DNA of 64,000 bases from contig NW_002060965.1 of assembly GCF_000150275.1 (NCBI RefSeq), positions 558,001 to 622,000 of the forward strand, given 5' to 3'. Numbering within the stretch: position 1 is the first letter of the stretch; every line of letters starts with the position of its first letter. Of the stretch, positions 1 through 12,881 are shown in pieces. Origin of the DNA: Trichoplax adhaerens (lineage: Eukaryota; Animalia; Placozoa). The translations under genes and the position numbers were made by a program. Under the pieces are notes generated by a model. That model worked only from the letters and a program-made list of their open reading frames with translations. It was not told where the DNA came from and did not search any database.

Positions 1-1
1 G

Positions 2-334
2 TATGGGTATTATCCTAACTGTGTTAATCCAAGCCAATTGCCTACTGAACGTGGTAATAATAGAGCACTTCGAAATGAAAGACCCAATACTTTCCGACCT
101 GATAGTGCGATTGCCACCTACTCAAGCCGAAATATGCAAAGTACATCCATGCAAGGCTATCTTGTCTCTCCATTGGCACCTGCTCTTCCATATAATAATT
201 CTTCTAGCACTTCGCTGTGTCAGCCAGATATTGCTAGCGGTAGATATCCCTCATTAATACCGTCATTTGAAAGCCACCATCAACTTCCGCCGCCGCCGGC
301 GTATCGTGAATGGCCATCAACACCATTTATGTGA
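2..334 (+). CDS. 3' terminal coding segment of an unidentified gene (low-complexity tail with PPxY motif), partial
   Basis: Frame is open from position 2 to TGA at 332-334 (YGYYPNCVNPSQLPTERG...QLPPPPAYREWPSTPFM*). GC is higher than in the AT-rich sequence that follows. No family recognised. Confidence 0.5.
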   Translation, partial: YGYYPNCVNPSQLPTERGNNRALRNERPNTFRPDSAIATYSSRNMQSTSMQGYLVSPLAPALPYNNSSSTSLCQPDIASGRYPSLIPSFESHHQLPPPPAYREWPSTPFM

Positions 335-1030
335 TCGTGTGTAGATCAATGTTTATATTTTTGCTATTCGCCTCTATATGATCTGTAGTTCTATATTAGA
401 TCATATCTTGAATATCATGCTAATGTCGTTATCATAATTAAAGGTTCTCTTGTATAAGTAACGCTTAAATTTCTAGAAATGATACAAATATGAATAGCAA
501 ATTTGTTATCTTTATTTAAAGTTGAAAATTTTGGCGCTAGGAAGTAAATGAGCCTTTCAAATTAATGGCTCGTTTTAAATAAAAATATTTCGATAGAATA
601 TAGAGCTAAAACTTCATATGGACTGAAATATAATAAACAGATACAGATGTCAGAATACAATTTATTGATCAATCGATTTCCATTTCTGTTAAACTTAACC
701 GTTATTATCATCCTTATCGCTGATATATTATTAGCTAAGTATAATAGCCACTACTATTTCCAACTACAATTGATAGCATTTAATGTCTCTCATTGCTAAG
801 AGTCAAAGCAGTGCTTCTGAATTTGTTAGTTAGTAATAGCTCATACTGAAGGTAATTTATCTGACGAAAATGACATTAAAATGTTAGATAGTATCGTACG
901 GTAAATAAATAAAACCGACCGTTAGCTAGATCTAGCAATTTAGTAAAATTTTATATAAAATGTATGAGTTCTGAATTCTTCAATCACATCAGCAACCGAA
1001 GCATGAAGAGCACTTTCAATGATATGTTAC

Positions 1031-1050
1031 TATATATATATATATATATA
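1031..1050. repeat. (TA)10 microsatellite
   Basis: Directly visible tatatatatatatatatata. Confidence 0.9.
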
Positions 1051-2456
1051 GTATAACGTACGCATATATGTACGGGTGCGTGTAATCGAGCTCACTTGTG
1101 AAATAAACTGCAGAAAGGCGGCGCACTAATATCAAAATTTGAACTCAAATCTGTTAACTTAATACCTTAATACCAAAGTATATGAGTACTACTATACTAC
1201 AAAAGTCAATGCTAAAATACAGTACACGGCTACCCAGAGGCGTGATTATTTGTTTACGATAGTCGTAGGCCAATTTGGAACCTGGCAATGACATCATCAA
1301 AGTACCTCATGACGTCGTATTGTAGGATATTAATTAATTAATGCAGAGATGTAAATAGTTCGATGTCTTAGCAGCAGATAGCTTACTATAGCTTTGGCTG
1401 CCGTATGAGGCAATGTACTATGCAGTCTATTGCAGTTAAAAGTTAATTTGTTAATGTCATACAATAGCAGATCATGCACTTTACAACAATCACAAAGTAG
1501 AATAATGACTATGGGAACAAATGGTGAATGATACATACCGTCACCGAATGATACAAACCATCTTGCACTTATTAGAAAACAATTTGTAGGGATTTACTAA
1601 GTTATTCCCGTTGTTATAATCAGGAAATTCATTTCTTAATAGGAGAATTTGAATTGAATAGGTGGTCGGCATCGTATCGATTGATATTCTTTTTATTACT
1701 CCACGAAATTACAATATAAAAACAAAATTGCTCTTTGACCAACACGGAATATTATTCAATCCATCCAGTTATCCTATCAGGTAATTAATCTACAAATTAT
1801 TCATTGCGCTTGTACAGTATAGTAGATAGTATATCATATGCTGTCTATATCGTCAGCAGTAATGAGTTATTATTGTTATTACAAGTTTGCAACTGTCACT
1901 GATCAAGGCTTAATGAACTGGCGCCTATTGCAGGGCACTATCTATTAGCCTCTTTCGTAAGCTTAGCGGTACTTTAATCTTTTCAGGATAATGTGGCGAT
2001 ATTAAGCACCTAACGAAGTCTTGCTCTATCAGTTATATGATTGAAGTTATCACTTAAAACGGTTATCCAGAGTTCATTTCGTGTAAGTATTTATACGGTA
2101 TGCAAGCTCTTTATTCATTCTTGGTCGTATTGCATCGATGAAATAACTAAGATAAATGTCAGAAACGATCATTCCACCTAGTTAACGATGTTTTTGTACT
2201 ATTTCTAGTGTGATTAATTATCAACCAGCTCGATTCCTTACTTGAATAAAGTAAAATCTTACCAAACGCCAAGCGTTATAGCTAGATCGATTTCATTTAG
2301 TAAGTAAGGTTCGTTTGCATGTATACAATAACGAATGGTAGGATAGATAACGGAGAAAATTGCAGATAATATTGTTATAGATTTGTTGCTGATTTCCAAT
2401 GGCAATGTATTACCTTATCTTTGATAGGATAATTAGACACCTTGTATTTATTGGAA

Positions 2457-5400
2457 ATGATGAAGGGAAGTGTCGATGGAGTACAGGAAAATATCAATGG
2501 GCCGAAACAACCGGATGCCAAACTTGCATCAAAAACATTGCATGTACTCTTTTTGTCCTTATTAATCGATTTAATCGCCTTTTCCTCCATTTTGCCTCTA
2601 ATGCCAGTCATTCTGGAACATTATCGGGACACTGATTCGGTAAATTGAATTACTGTTCATGTATAGTGTTTTAATTATACCCGTTATGTTCAGCAGTTTT
2701 AATACGCAAGATTGATCGAAAGAAGTTCTTATTTTTATTAGTAACTTCAACTTCAAAATAATTACATTCTGCAGTAGAGATGTGCTTATTAATACTACTA
2801 AATGAAAAGTTATTACAGAAATAAATCGAATAAGATTTACAGCTCTAATTCTACGTGCATAATACAGTACTTCCGAATATAAATTGATTGTCCAAGTGAA
2901 CCACTTTTATAATCTTGCAAAATCTTGAAGGAACGATTTATTGCAGGATGTTTTGCGCTTGACAGATTATAAATCGTGACTTTTTTGATAATACAGTAGC
3001 AGTGATTAACTTCTAGACATTACCGTAGACGTTTAAGGATATGGGTTTGTTTAAGCTTTTCTTAGCTTGGAGTAGTAAATGCGTTGTCAGAAAGCTAAAA
3101 AATCAGCAGCAAATGGTGAAACAACGTGTTAGCAATATTGTATTAATCTTAACATTTTCAAGTTAACTTTATTATTAGTTCCCTGTTTACCTAAAAGCAA
3201 ACGTAACAAGTGCACGTAGAGTCACACAAGTTCCTCACAGTAAACAATAATTTCACTAGTATAATAACTGAACTACGAAGTGACTCTATATCACCAACAT
3301 TAAAATCATCGACCGAAAATTAATCGTTATTATCAAACTTTAAGATGAATTAAAATTGACTAATCAATATACGAAAGGATAGTTATAATTAAGGATACAA
3401 TTACAACTTTTTCTCGTATTTTCAATATTCAGTACGATACTATTTCGTTTAGAATCAGTAGCAGCGATAAAAAAGTTTTAATGCGGTGCCTTTATCCATA
3501 ATGAACTATGTGGCGTATGTATTTAATTCTAACTAACCATTATTTATGATTGATCATCAATACAGAAGGATGGGCTTTATCATACAATTCAACGTCATAT
3601 CCAATATTTTGCGACATCGATCCATGCACCAGGAACAACGCGCTATAATACAGTTTTCTTTGGAGGTAATTTCTTAAAACTACATTCTCACATGAAAAAA
3701 CACATGAATTACTTCCAACCTAATTACAATGCAATGCTAGGTCTTATGAACCTCATATAAAATACATGTGTATCTTGCATAAATAAACGAATTCTAACAA
3801 GTACAGTAGTGATTTTCTTTAGCTTATGACTATTATAGCTTTTGCAAGGCTATACTGTTTTTTACGTCTATGATATGCTTTTCCGATGTTATATTTTAAG
3901 ATAAAATAATACCGTTACTTGTAAGTTTTTATTTCGTAAATATGTTATCATCATCACTGGAGCTACAGACCGAGGTAGATCCATCGACGTTCATAAAAAT
4001 AATGATGAACCCTTCATTATTCCTGAGGAAGAACTAGTAATATCAAGTTTAATCGTCGTTTTTGACATTTACAGTACATTATTATCGAGTTCAAATAGTC
4101 CACAACTTTCATACGCATAGGCTGTACCGTTGCTCTATTAAATTATGATAGATAGTAAGCAAAACTACAGTGAATTATATACCATTAGCTTCAAGAATGT
4201 AACTCACTTACCGTATTTCATGGAGCTCATTTATATAGCATGTCATAAAACAAAGTACTGCTATAATGTTAATTCTGATATATTCATAATTTATTGATAT
4301 TCACTTAATTTTTAGGCGCTCTTGGCTCAATGTATTGCTTTCTACAATTTTTGATGGGGCCTTTCTTTGGTGCATGTTCGGATAGTTATGGCAGGCGTCC
4401 CTTAATTCTCATATCAATGGTATGTATAGCCTCTAAATACCAAGCAATCATCATACATGTTATCGTCTTCATGTTCATAATCCCATTTTAGAAGTCTTAT
4501 CGACACCTTACAGTCAATACCGTCAATACACTCAACATATCAAATTTTTTTCTGTCTTTATATTAGATTGGAATATCAATGTCTTATGCCGTTTGGGCCT
4601 TTTCGGGTAGTTTTGTCTTGTTTGTGCTGTCGCGTGCCATTGGTGGTATAAGCCGAGCTAATGTCAGTTTATGGACTGCAGTTGTCTCCGATGTTACCGA
4701 AGAAAAGAAAAGGAATAAAGGAATGGTGAGAGTAACATAGTGCTTACCACAACACTTAGAATTAACATGGCTTATGCTTTACGTAATCAAATTTGCATTC
4801 AATAAAAAGAAATGGCTATAAAGTTAATTGCTATTCAGTGATCAATCAAAGTCTCAGTGGGCTCTTTCTTGTAGGCTTTAATTGGTATTGCTTTCTCTGT
4901 TGGATTCGTCCTTGGACCAATGTTGGGTGCGTTCATGTCCAAGAGAGATTTCTTTGAAAGCGGTTTTGTTCATTTCCAACCTGCTATAACAGCTTTAACG
5001 ATATCTTTGGTCAATTTACTGTTTGTATATTATACGTTACCTGAAACTCACCAGCCCGGAAAAAGCGTGAGTTAACGTTAAAATTCATTTTAGGACTTGG
5101 ATCACATTAGTGTTAGGGATGATAAATTAATATGCAACATTCTTTGCTATTTATTCACAGCCAGGCACAAGTAAAGAGATAGTCAATAAAGCCTTACGTC
5201 TTATAAATCCTTTACATTTATTCTCCTTCCGAACGACTGGTGTTTCTGACAAAGAATGTAAGCGTAAATATATTTCGTTACATGCTTGTATCTTCTATTA
5301 GTGCTATGAACGAACTTATGCTGTCGAAATCTTTTTAGTATGCTGAATGTACATATGTTGCATAAAGATTTATTAGCAAATTATATGATTTTAGACGACG

Positions 5401-6724
5401 AGAAGCTTCAAAAATTGAGCTTGGTCTATTTTTTGTATTTGCTACTGTTCTCTGGTGTGGAATTTACCTTGAGTTTCCTTACTCGTGAAAGATATCAGTA
5501 TACTAGGTACTCAAGATGCGTTACGTACTCATAGGCTAATAATTTTTAAATCTTGGCAAGACGAATATTGTATTCAGTATTTACTGACCAAATTGATGGT
5601 TTAACTACGTGTTCATTGTAATAAAATGTACATCTATTTTGATATATCCTCACAGTATGCAACAAGGCTTAATGTACTTCTATATTGGTTCGATCATGAT
5701 AGTGATACAAGGTGAGTATTGGGTGATACCCAGTAATTTCTGGTAATAGCAAGACTATTATCTCATCTGTGTTAAACTTGCATTTTGATCCCAAGATATT
5801 TCCATTAATTGCTCTTACTGTAATCCTAGAAATTGCTAATGCTCGAATTATACGTATACATATATATATGTTATTTATTATGTATTATTTATAAAGGTGG
5901 ATATTTTCGAAGACTGCCTGCAGGAAGCGAAATCAAATGCGCTCTGCAAGTAAGTCTATATTGACTATGATTAGAGATGATAGTAAGTTACTGTACGAAG
6001 ATTGAATGGCTATATTGACTTGCTGAGATAAAAATAATTTTATAGTTTTTAAATGAGCATATGGCATTTTACAGGGCCTGACTGCAGTTGCCATTTCTAC
6101 CTTGATGATGGCTATGTTTACTGACCAACACACTTATTATGCAGCTCTGGGACTTTATTCATTTGGTAAAATTCTATTACTTTTAAGCTTCTATTTGTGA
6201 TATCTCAATTGCGTCTCTACCTGTCTATTAGTGTTACTAATATTATTTATTATTCCTTTTATTATAGGTTCTGCAACGGTTGTCCCTTCGTTAACTTCTG
6301 TGGTCTCCCATTATGGTATAAATCAAAGATACTTTAGGATTACATCGGATGTTGAATATGTCATTTCTGCCTTGTATCGTAATGATATCTCTGTTTATCG
6401 TAGGAAGTGCCGAACATAAAGGAAAATTGATCGGCATATTTCGCTCTATTGGAGCATTAGCACGTAGTTTTGGACCTTTTCTGGCATGTTCAGGTAAACG
6501 GCGAGAAATTTAATTCATTCCGTGTTTTCAGATCTTACCTTAAATTATGTAGAGGTCGATTCTATAATTGGTTGATTTCTTCGAATTCTTCCATTCTTAT
6601 AGCTTTCTGGACCCATGGCACCTTGTGTTATTACATGTCTGCAGTACTACTAATAATTCCACTAGTTATCTTAATGAGAGTTAGACATACCGGTACTGGT
6701 CTTAAAAATGTCAAGAAGGAATAA
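2457..6724 (+). CDS. MFSD10: Major facilitator superfamily transporter MFSD10 (TETRAN-like), about 13 exons
   Basis: Spliced GT-AG exons (2457-2639, 3566-3665, 4316-4419, 4567-4704, 4875-5066 ... 6603-6724) give LFLSLLIDLIAFSSILPLMP, YNTVFFGG, MFS motif A GACSDSYGRRP, RNKGMALIGIAFSVGFVLGP, LYLLLFSGVEFTLSFLT and GIFRSIGALARSFGP. Confidence 0.9.
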
Positions 6725-7857
6725 GCGATTGCTTTTATCAGCAATTATGAATATTTCTATAATAATACCGGTATTTGTATTTAATCGAAAATGATAAATA
6801 TTTTTTGATTAGTTATTTCAATTACATTAAAATAGAATGGCTTTTTTCTAAATCCTATTTTAATTATAGGTAAGATAGGTAGTTAATATTTTCGATGAAT
6901 TTTGCCGCCGTGTCCAAATTTAATCTGAAATGATTGAGATATAAAGTAAAACGGTGTAAATGGAAAACCTAAACCTAGTGTGGCGGCATTCGTAACGTTC
7001 CACAAAATTTCGCTATTTTTATATGTACAGCTATGGGACACTTTTGTGGATCGATATCTCAGAGTACTGTACTTTAGAGTATAATTATAAAGCTGAACAT
7101 ATTCTTTGAATCGACGTAAATTATAATTATCTATTGACATGAAACATTGAATATAAGTAATAAAACACTTTTGCAACATTATTTCGCGATAAATGTATTT
7201 AAGATAAATGGAATTTATTTCTTAGTTGAGACAATAAATGTTGACGTATAGCGAGTGTATATAACTCCATGACAATTACAAGAAAATAACGCTATGTTAG
7301 CACTTGATTTTGACATACGCAGTCCATATTATCGTCGACATTTACTTGCAGTATAACAGAAATTTGAATCGATTATTCATACGTACTGTATTTACAAAGA
7401 TTAGACTAAAACAGCAATTTAGAGAATTTGCCTATATGCCTGCATATAGACCATTCTACGTGCCTATAATATGTGTATTTATACCATAAGCAGTTTAGCC
7501 TATACAATTTCTTAAGACAGCCATAGACAGTCAGAATCGTACCAGTACAGTTAAAATTAGAGTTCCACTAAGAACACTTTTCCAGGCCCATCATATCATA
7601 GAAGTTAGAGAGGCCATTACAGCACCCGACTATCTATATCATAGCTATAAAATTTCATTGACAAATTTATATACGGTTAAATCAATTGATATGTACTTAC
7701 AGCATACCTACTCTATCCTTACAATAATCTAACATACATTATACATTAGTAATCGTCTTTCCCTAATCATATGAGAAGCAATTAATGTTGTTACTATAAC
7801 TTTCTCGCATATATATATATAGATGTATTTACATCTGATTTTAAAGCAACTCATTTC

Positions 7858-10733
7858 TTAGTAGTAAGGATTCCAATTGCTACCATCACTTGGCATGAGA
7901 TCACCAGTAATTAGGAGAATTATATCAACAATCCACCAAATCCCTAAACCACCAATCGTCAACAGTTTGCCAAAGGCAGTACCAGTATGGCCTAGACAAA
8001 AGCGATCAATACCAAAAAAGCCTAACAGAAGGGAATAAAGTAACGTAGAGGGGAAAAAATGGCCGGTATACCTACAAATTGTAATTCCAATGATGTTAAC
8101 TTAATTGGCTGCTTAATATGATCGTAATCAATATACTAATGTAATTTATAGTAACTGATTTCTATAAATTTATAAGCGTAGCAGTGGCAAAGACAAGCTA
8201 ATGTACTCCTTGAAGTTAAGGTTGATACGAACTTAATGCAAGGAATATTCGGCTTAAAAAAAGTTCTATTCCCAAAGCAATCAATACCAGTGAGTACATG
8301 GCAGACTACTGATGTAATTTCCACTTCTTCATAACGTGTTCCACCAAACTGGAGGTTTAAGATAAATGTAACGATTTCAGATAAATCAATGTTGATTAAA
8401 TTTTGCATTAGGCACAGTCTAAGTAGTGGACATTTAATCCTACCAAACAGTCAAGTTTTTCCAAACAATTATTCGTTGTAAAGGTGAAGCGATGAACAGT
8501 ACCGTAATAAACAGATTAAACACATTGCTTATCCAATACTACTTCATACTATAGGTTATCACATATTCGCAGGTAGCTAATTGCTATACGACAGTAAGCG
8601 ATGAAAAGTAAGAGTTATTATACCTTCTTAGCTTAAGAAAGCAAATAGTATGACAGATCATCAAGTGATTAGAATATTTATCGAATATCAAGACTATGGA
8701 AACGGTAGCTGTTTCTATCTTCGTTCTATAACGTATAAAACTGCTCCTGTGGTCATTTATAATTTGTCGACGCATACTAGAATCTGAATTATTAATAGAG
8801 ATGAATAATTCGGGTTTGGAAGAGATTATTAGATGCGAATGTGTGTTACCGTTCACACTATCGCTGATATGTATTTAGTCCAAGTAGTAAATTTGCAGAG
8901 AAATATACTCTAATTTCGCTGCAGCGACCATCAGCAGTAATATGAGTGATGCTCACTCTAAAGAGTTATTTGGAGCACTGCCATTGAATAAACTACAACT
9001 CATTGTACAAAGCATTTGACAAGTAGGAAATGAACTAGTATCATGGGATTTCCATTGAAATTTTACATTACCTTTATGCATCCATAGCCCAAAGCTTGTT
9101 TAGCCGAATAGTTTCCTTTCAAGTCTACAGGAGGATCACACCGGATGAAATCGTCAGACCTGGAATAGGAATTAATTAAGACCTTACATCCTTAATGCAA
9201 GCAGTTCCGTTAATCTCATGCTGTTTTTATTTTGACACTATCTTTATTGCAGGTTAGATTATACATTAAGCCACTGATAGCAAGGAAATTTCAACTTAAT
9301 ACAGTAGTACGAAAGAATTAAATGCCTTGATCTACAGTACTATAACCTCATGTCAAACCGTCACAGAAGATTAACACTCATGTTCTAGATTAATAATAAA
9401 AATTGACCATAGTCAACAGCATGGTAGAAAATTCTCATAAGGCATTCTATATCTTTATATCTGTACAATGCAAGATAATATCAAGTATGAGCGCAATTGA
9501 TATGACAAATTTCGTATTACTGAATTTACTGGCGTATGTGAGTTAGTACGTTAAAATGAACTAGTTTAATGTATCATTTTCTCAAGTTTGATGAATAGGT
9601 CTCTAGCAATTGAGGATAACTCCTATCATAGAGTTATTTCTAGTATTGGTTAAGAGTGATATCATCGTCATTAGTTATACACCATTCTAGCGTTTGCCAT
9701 GAAAACATCTATCAATATTAGGGAATCTCTAATAGTAAACAACATCATCAATGACTGAACTATCATTCTACCCTTGCTATAGCTATTTCAGCGAACATCT
9801 AATGTTAACTAAGAGCGAGAATCCTATATAATATTCGTATTGCATACGATTTAAGAGCGATATCATGGGTACAGACTATTCCATCCTCGGCTGTAAAAAC
9901 AGTCATCAATATTGTAGTAAAGCTAACAGTAGACAACGTGGTAAATGACTGGGCTATTATTCTAATATTGTCCGAGCTAATTCAGCGAACATGTAGTGCT
10001 GACTAAGAGTGGCATGGTAGTCTTTTAGACTATTCTGTCTTTGGTTCTGAAATTCACAGCTATCGGGATAAAACTGGAAAGTACAGTATTGTAAATAATG
10101 TCAGAAAATGACTTAACTTTCGTCATACGCGTATCATAGTAGAGCTATTCCAGCGTATGAATAGCGCTCAGTAATCTTATCATAATCATCACTATTGGAG
10201 TATATCTGATAGTAAGTAGCGTTGCCTATAACTTGGCTGTACTAACGTACGGCTATGTGTTCACATTTGGCTTAACGATGCAACCAATATTTATTCTTAC
10301 GATGAATGCTGTCCGTGAGGGTTGTGGCCAACTTGTGGGTATCATTTATCGGACAAAATCATCATCGAATAACATCGAAATGTCAAAGTGCAATCCAATC
10401 GTATAAAACGCCTTATTGAACGACTGCAAGCATGATCATGATAAGCACTCACAGGCTTTCCATAATAACAGTGCTTTGGCAGAAGAGAGCAGAGCATAGG
10501 TAGTCCTAAATCATAAGTCATGTCGCTAGGCAGTTTTTCAAATTGTTCACTCATAGCGATGTCAACACTGTACTGAGTACAAGAAAGGCAAAACGATCAA
10601 CAACTTACAATAAAGAACAATTTACTAATGGTCCATTAGGATCGTAACTACAATCTTCTCCACCACATTCAGAACAGTAACCAAAACTGATCACCATTGC
10701 AATTAGTGCTATTGCAAGTATAATCTTCATCAT
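7858..10733 (-). CDS. TM2D2: TM2 domain-containing protein 2, 4 exons
   Basis: Exon 1 signal peptide [18 protein letters not shown]...PLVNCSL; exon 2 [11 protein letters not shown]...LGYGCIK; exon 3 [10 protein letters not shown]...PCIK; exon 4 [70 protein letters not shown], matching the TM2D2 C-terminus. Confidence 0.93.
9620..10170. repeat. Degenerate tandem repeat (about 150-200 bp units) in TM2D2 intron 1
   Basis: Recurring agcta(t/a)ttcagcgaacat...actaagag...agactatt at about 9781 and 9975, with weaker copies at about 9630 and 10141. Confidence 0.55.
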
Positions 10734-11478
10734 CTAGTGAGTAAAATAAGCCGCCTTCTTCCTTGACGCAAGATGATTTGTTTGATTTGGCTAACTGCCT
10801 CCACTATAAAGTGTCGAGTATAAAGTGCTCAAAGCATAGACAGTCACTAATTTTACTAATGGGATGGATGACACTACGGATGGTCTGGATGGATGCTCTT
10901 TATTTATACAGTACTATAGTAGCTGGTCGACAACGCTGGTGGCTGCGATGCTATACTGTAGTAACAACTGTGGACTCGTTCATGGTAACCTATGGTCACA
11001 TGATGATGTATCCCATGGATGACAATCCTAGCAATGTTTTGGGAATCAGCCACTTCTCAAAGTATTATTTCAGTCTTATGAATGGATTAGCTTTATTTAT
11101 AACATCCTATGCAACGGAAAATGGTGCTTCCAATGATCTATTATTCACCTTTTAAAGTCTACGTTACAAATATTAAAAATCGATGATTCTTGTCGTAACG
11201 AAATGAATGAAATTGACCGGACGGGTTCTATACTGAAATATGGTGTGGCTCGAGCAACACTTCTTGTCATTTAAATTACAAATGGATATCAAAATTGGGT
11301 TAACTTCGCGGTTGCCGCGAATATCTTGAATACAAATTTAGAGCAGTTACGATTATAAACTAAACTTACTCTATTACTATTCGCCTTTCTTCCACTGCAT
11401 GAGAGGATTCAAATAAAAGACATCATGCACGGTGATAGGGGATTTCGTATTATACTGTATACAAACCCATGCAAGTCC

Positions 11479-11731
11479 ATAAGCAATCATGGAAAATCCA
11501 CCGCTCAGTATAAAGCTACGCCACCGTCCAGGATACAGCTGATGAAGACAGTGCAACAAAGTATATAGTACAGCAGTACTTGGCGGAATATCAATACGAT
11601 GGGATAGGCAATCATACAAAAGTCCATCATACAGTATAAAGCTAATCCATCGTCCAGGATACAGCCGATGAAGCAGTGTGACAAAGCATATAGTACTCCA
11701 GTACTTGACAGAATATTAATACGATGGGATG
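11479..11731. repeat. Two-copy tandem duplication, about 126 bp unit, intergenic
   Basis: cagtataaagcta...cgtccaggatacagc...aatacgatgggat begins at 11506 and at 11632. Confidence 0.85.
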
Positions 11732-12881
11732 GAATAAAAACAACATATTTTGCAGGAGTCTGTAGTGCACTAGTGAGTGGGCAAGTGTGCATAGAAAACC
11801 CGTGCCTTCTTGCATGAAACGGGAAATGAAAGCAGTATCGCTGAAACGTTCGATAAGAGCAAAACTATTATGTGAAGCGGTATACTTCTAGTAGACGGTA
11901 CACTTTTGCAAGTAACTGATAATACCTCTTTCAGGTAAACTATCAGTAGCATGCTTGAGATAGAATATTTGGATCAATTTGATCCGAATATTTCTTATTC
12001 TTCTCTTCTTATTACTGTAATGGTGTTACAGCTAGCTACAGTTATACAGTAGCAAGTGTATTAACACATGGCAATAAATAAGCCATAAAAAAGGAACAGA
12101 AAGAGTTCATTTCATTATTGCATGCTATATCTAAAAATTAATAGCAATTCGTGTACGAGTAAAGTGCTGAATCAGCATGAGCTTGTTACCATAAATAAAT
12201 CGTCAACATACTAACGAATCATTATCCAATGGCAGTCAGCCGATAAGTTAATAAAGCTCATAAAAGCAATTTTTATTCCATGACGAAACGGTGATACCGT
12301 TTAGACATTTTGTATAGCAGAAAAAGGTTTTCATTATGGAGGAGTTTAGTTCGTCAAGATGAACTATTAACGATTGTGTCGATGAAAAGTACGACATAAC
12401 CTATGGCCGGTAACAAGTGCAAGATATCCATATAAAACTAACGATATGATCATATAGATCATAATCAATCAGTCAAGTATCACATCTTACTGAACTGTAC
12501 ATAAAACAACAGTTTATATATAAATAACTAGAAACACGAGGCAGCCAGACGAAATACTAAAATCATCTGGTGAGAGCATAAATAAAGCAAATACTCTCCA
12601 AATCGGTAATCCTTCGTTATGTTACATTATATTTATAACTTTACAATAGACTGCAAACGTATTGCATAGATAAACACAAATCAAGTGTATATATATACAT
12701 ATATATACATACAGTATACAGGAAGGTAGTTTTTTCGTATAACTTCTAGAATTAGTTATTAAAAACTTGAAGCTGATACAATTTCTGATTGCCATCCTAC
12801 TAAAAACGAAACATCCTAGAATAAATTCTGCAAGTGTCAAATTCTTCATAACTTCGTCACTCGGGAATTGAACACCGTTGC

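Noticed and set aside
1758-1769. 12-mer AATCCATCCAGT shared with 32931-32942, both upstream of genes
   Set aside because: A single 12-bp match is expected by chance many times in 64 kb of AT-rich DNA.
10763-11952. Short ORFs (130, 80, 95, 60 aa) upstream of TM2D2
   Set aside because: No recognisable domains, mostly non-ATG starts, and partly derived from a tandem duplication.
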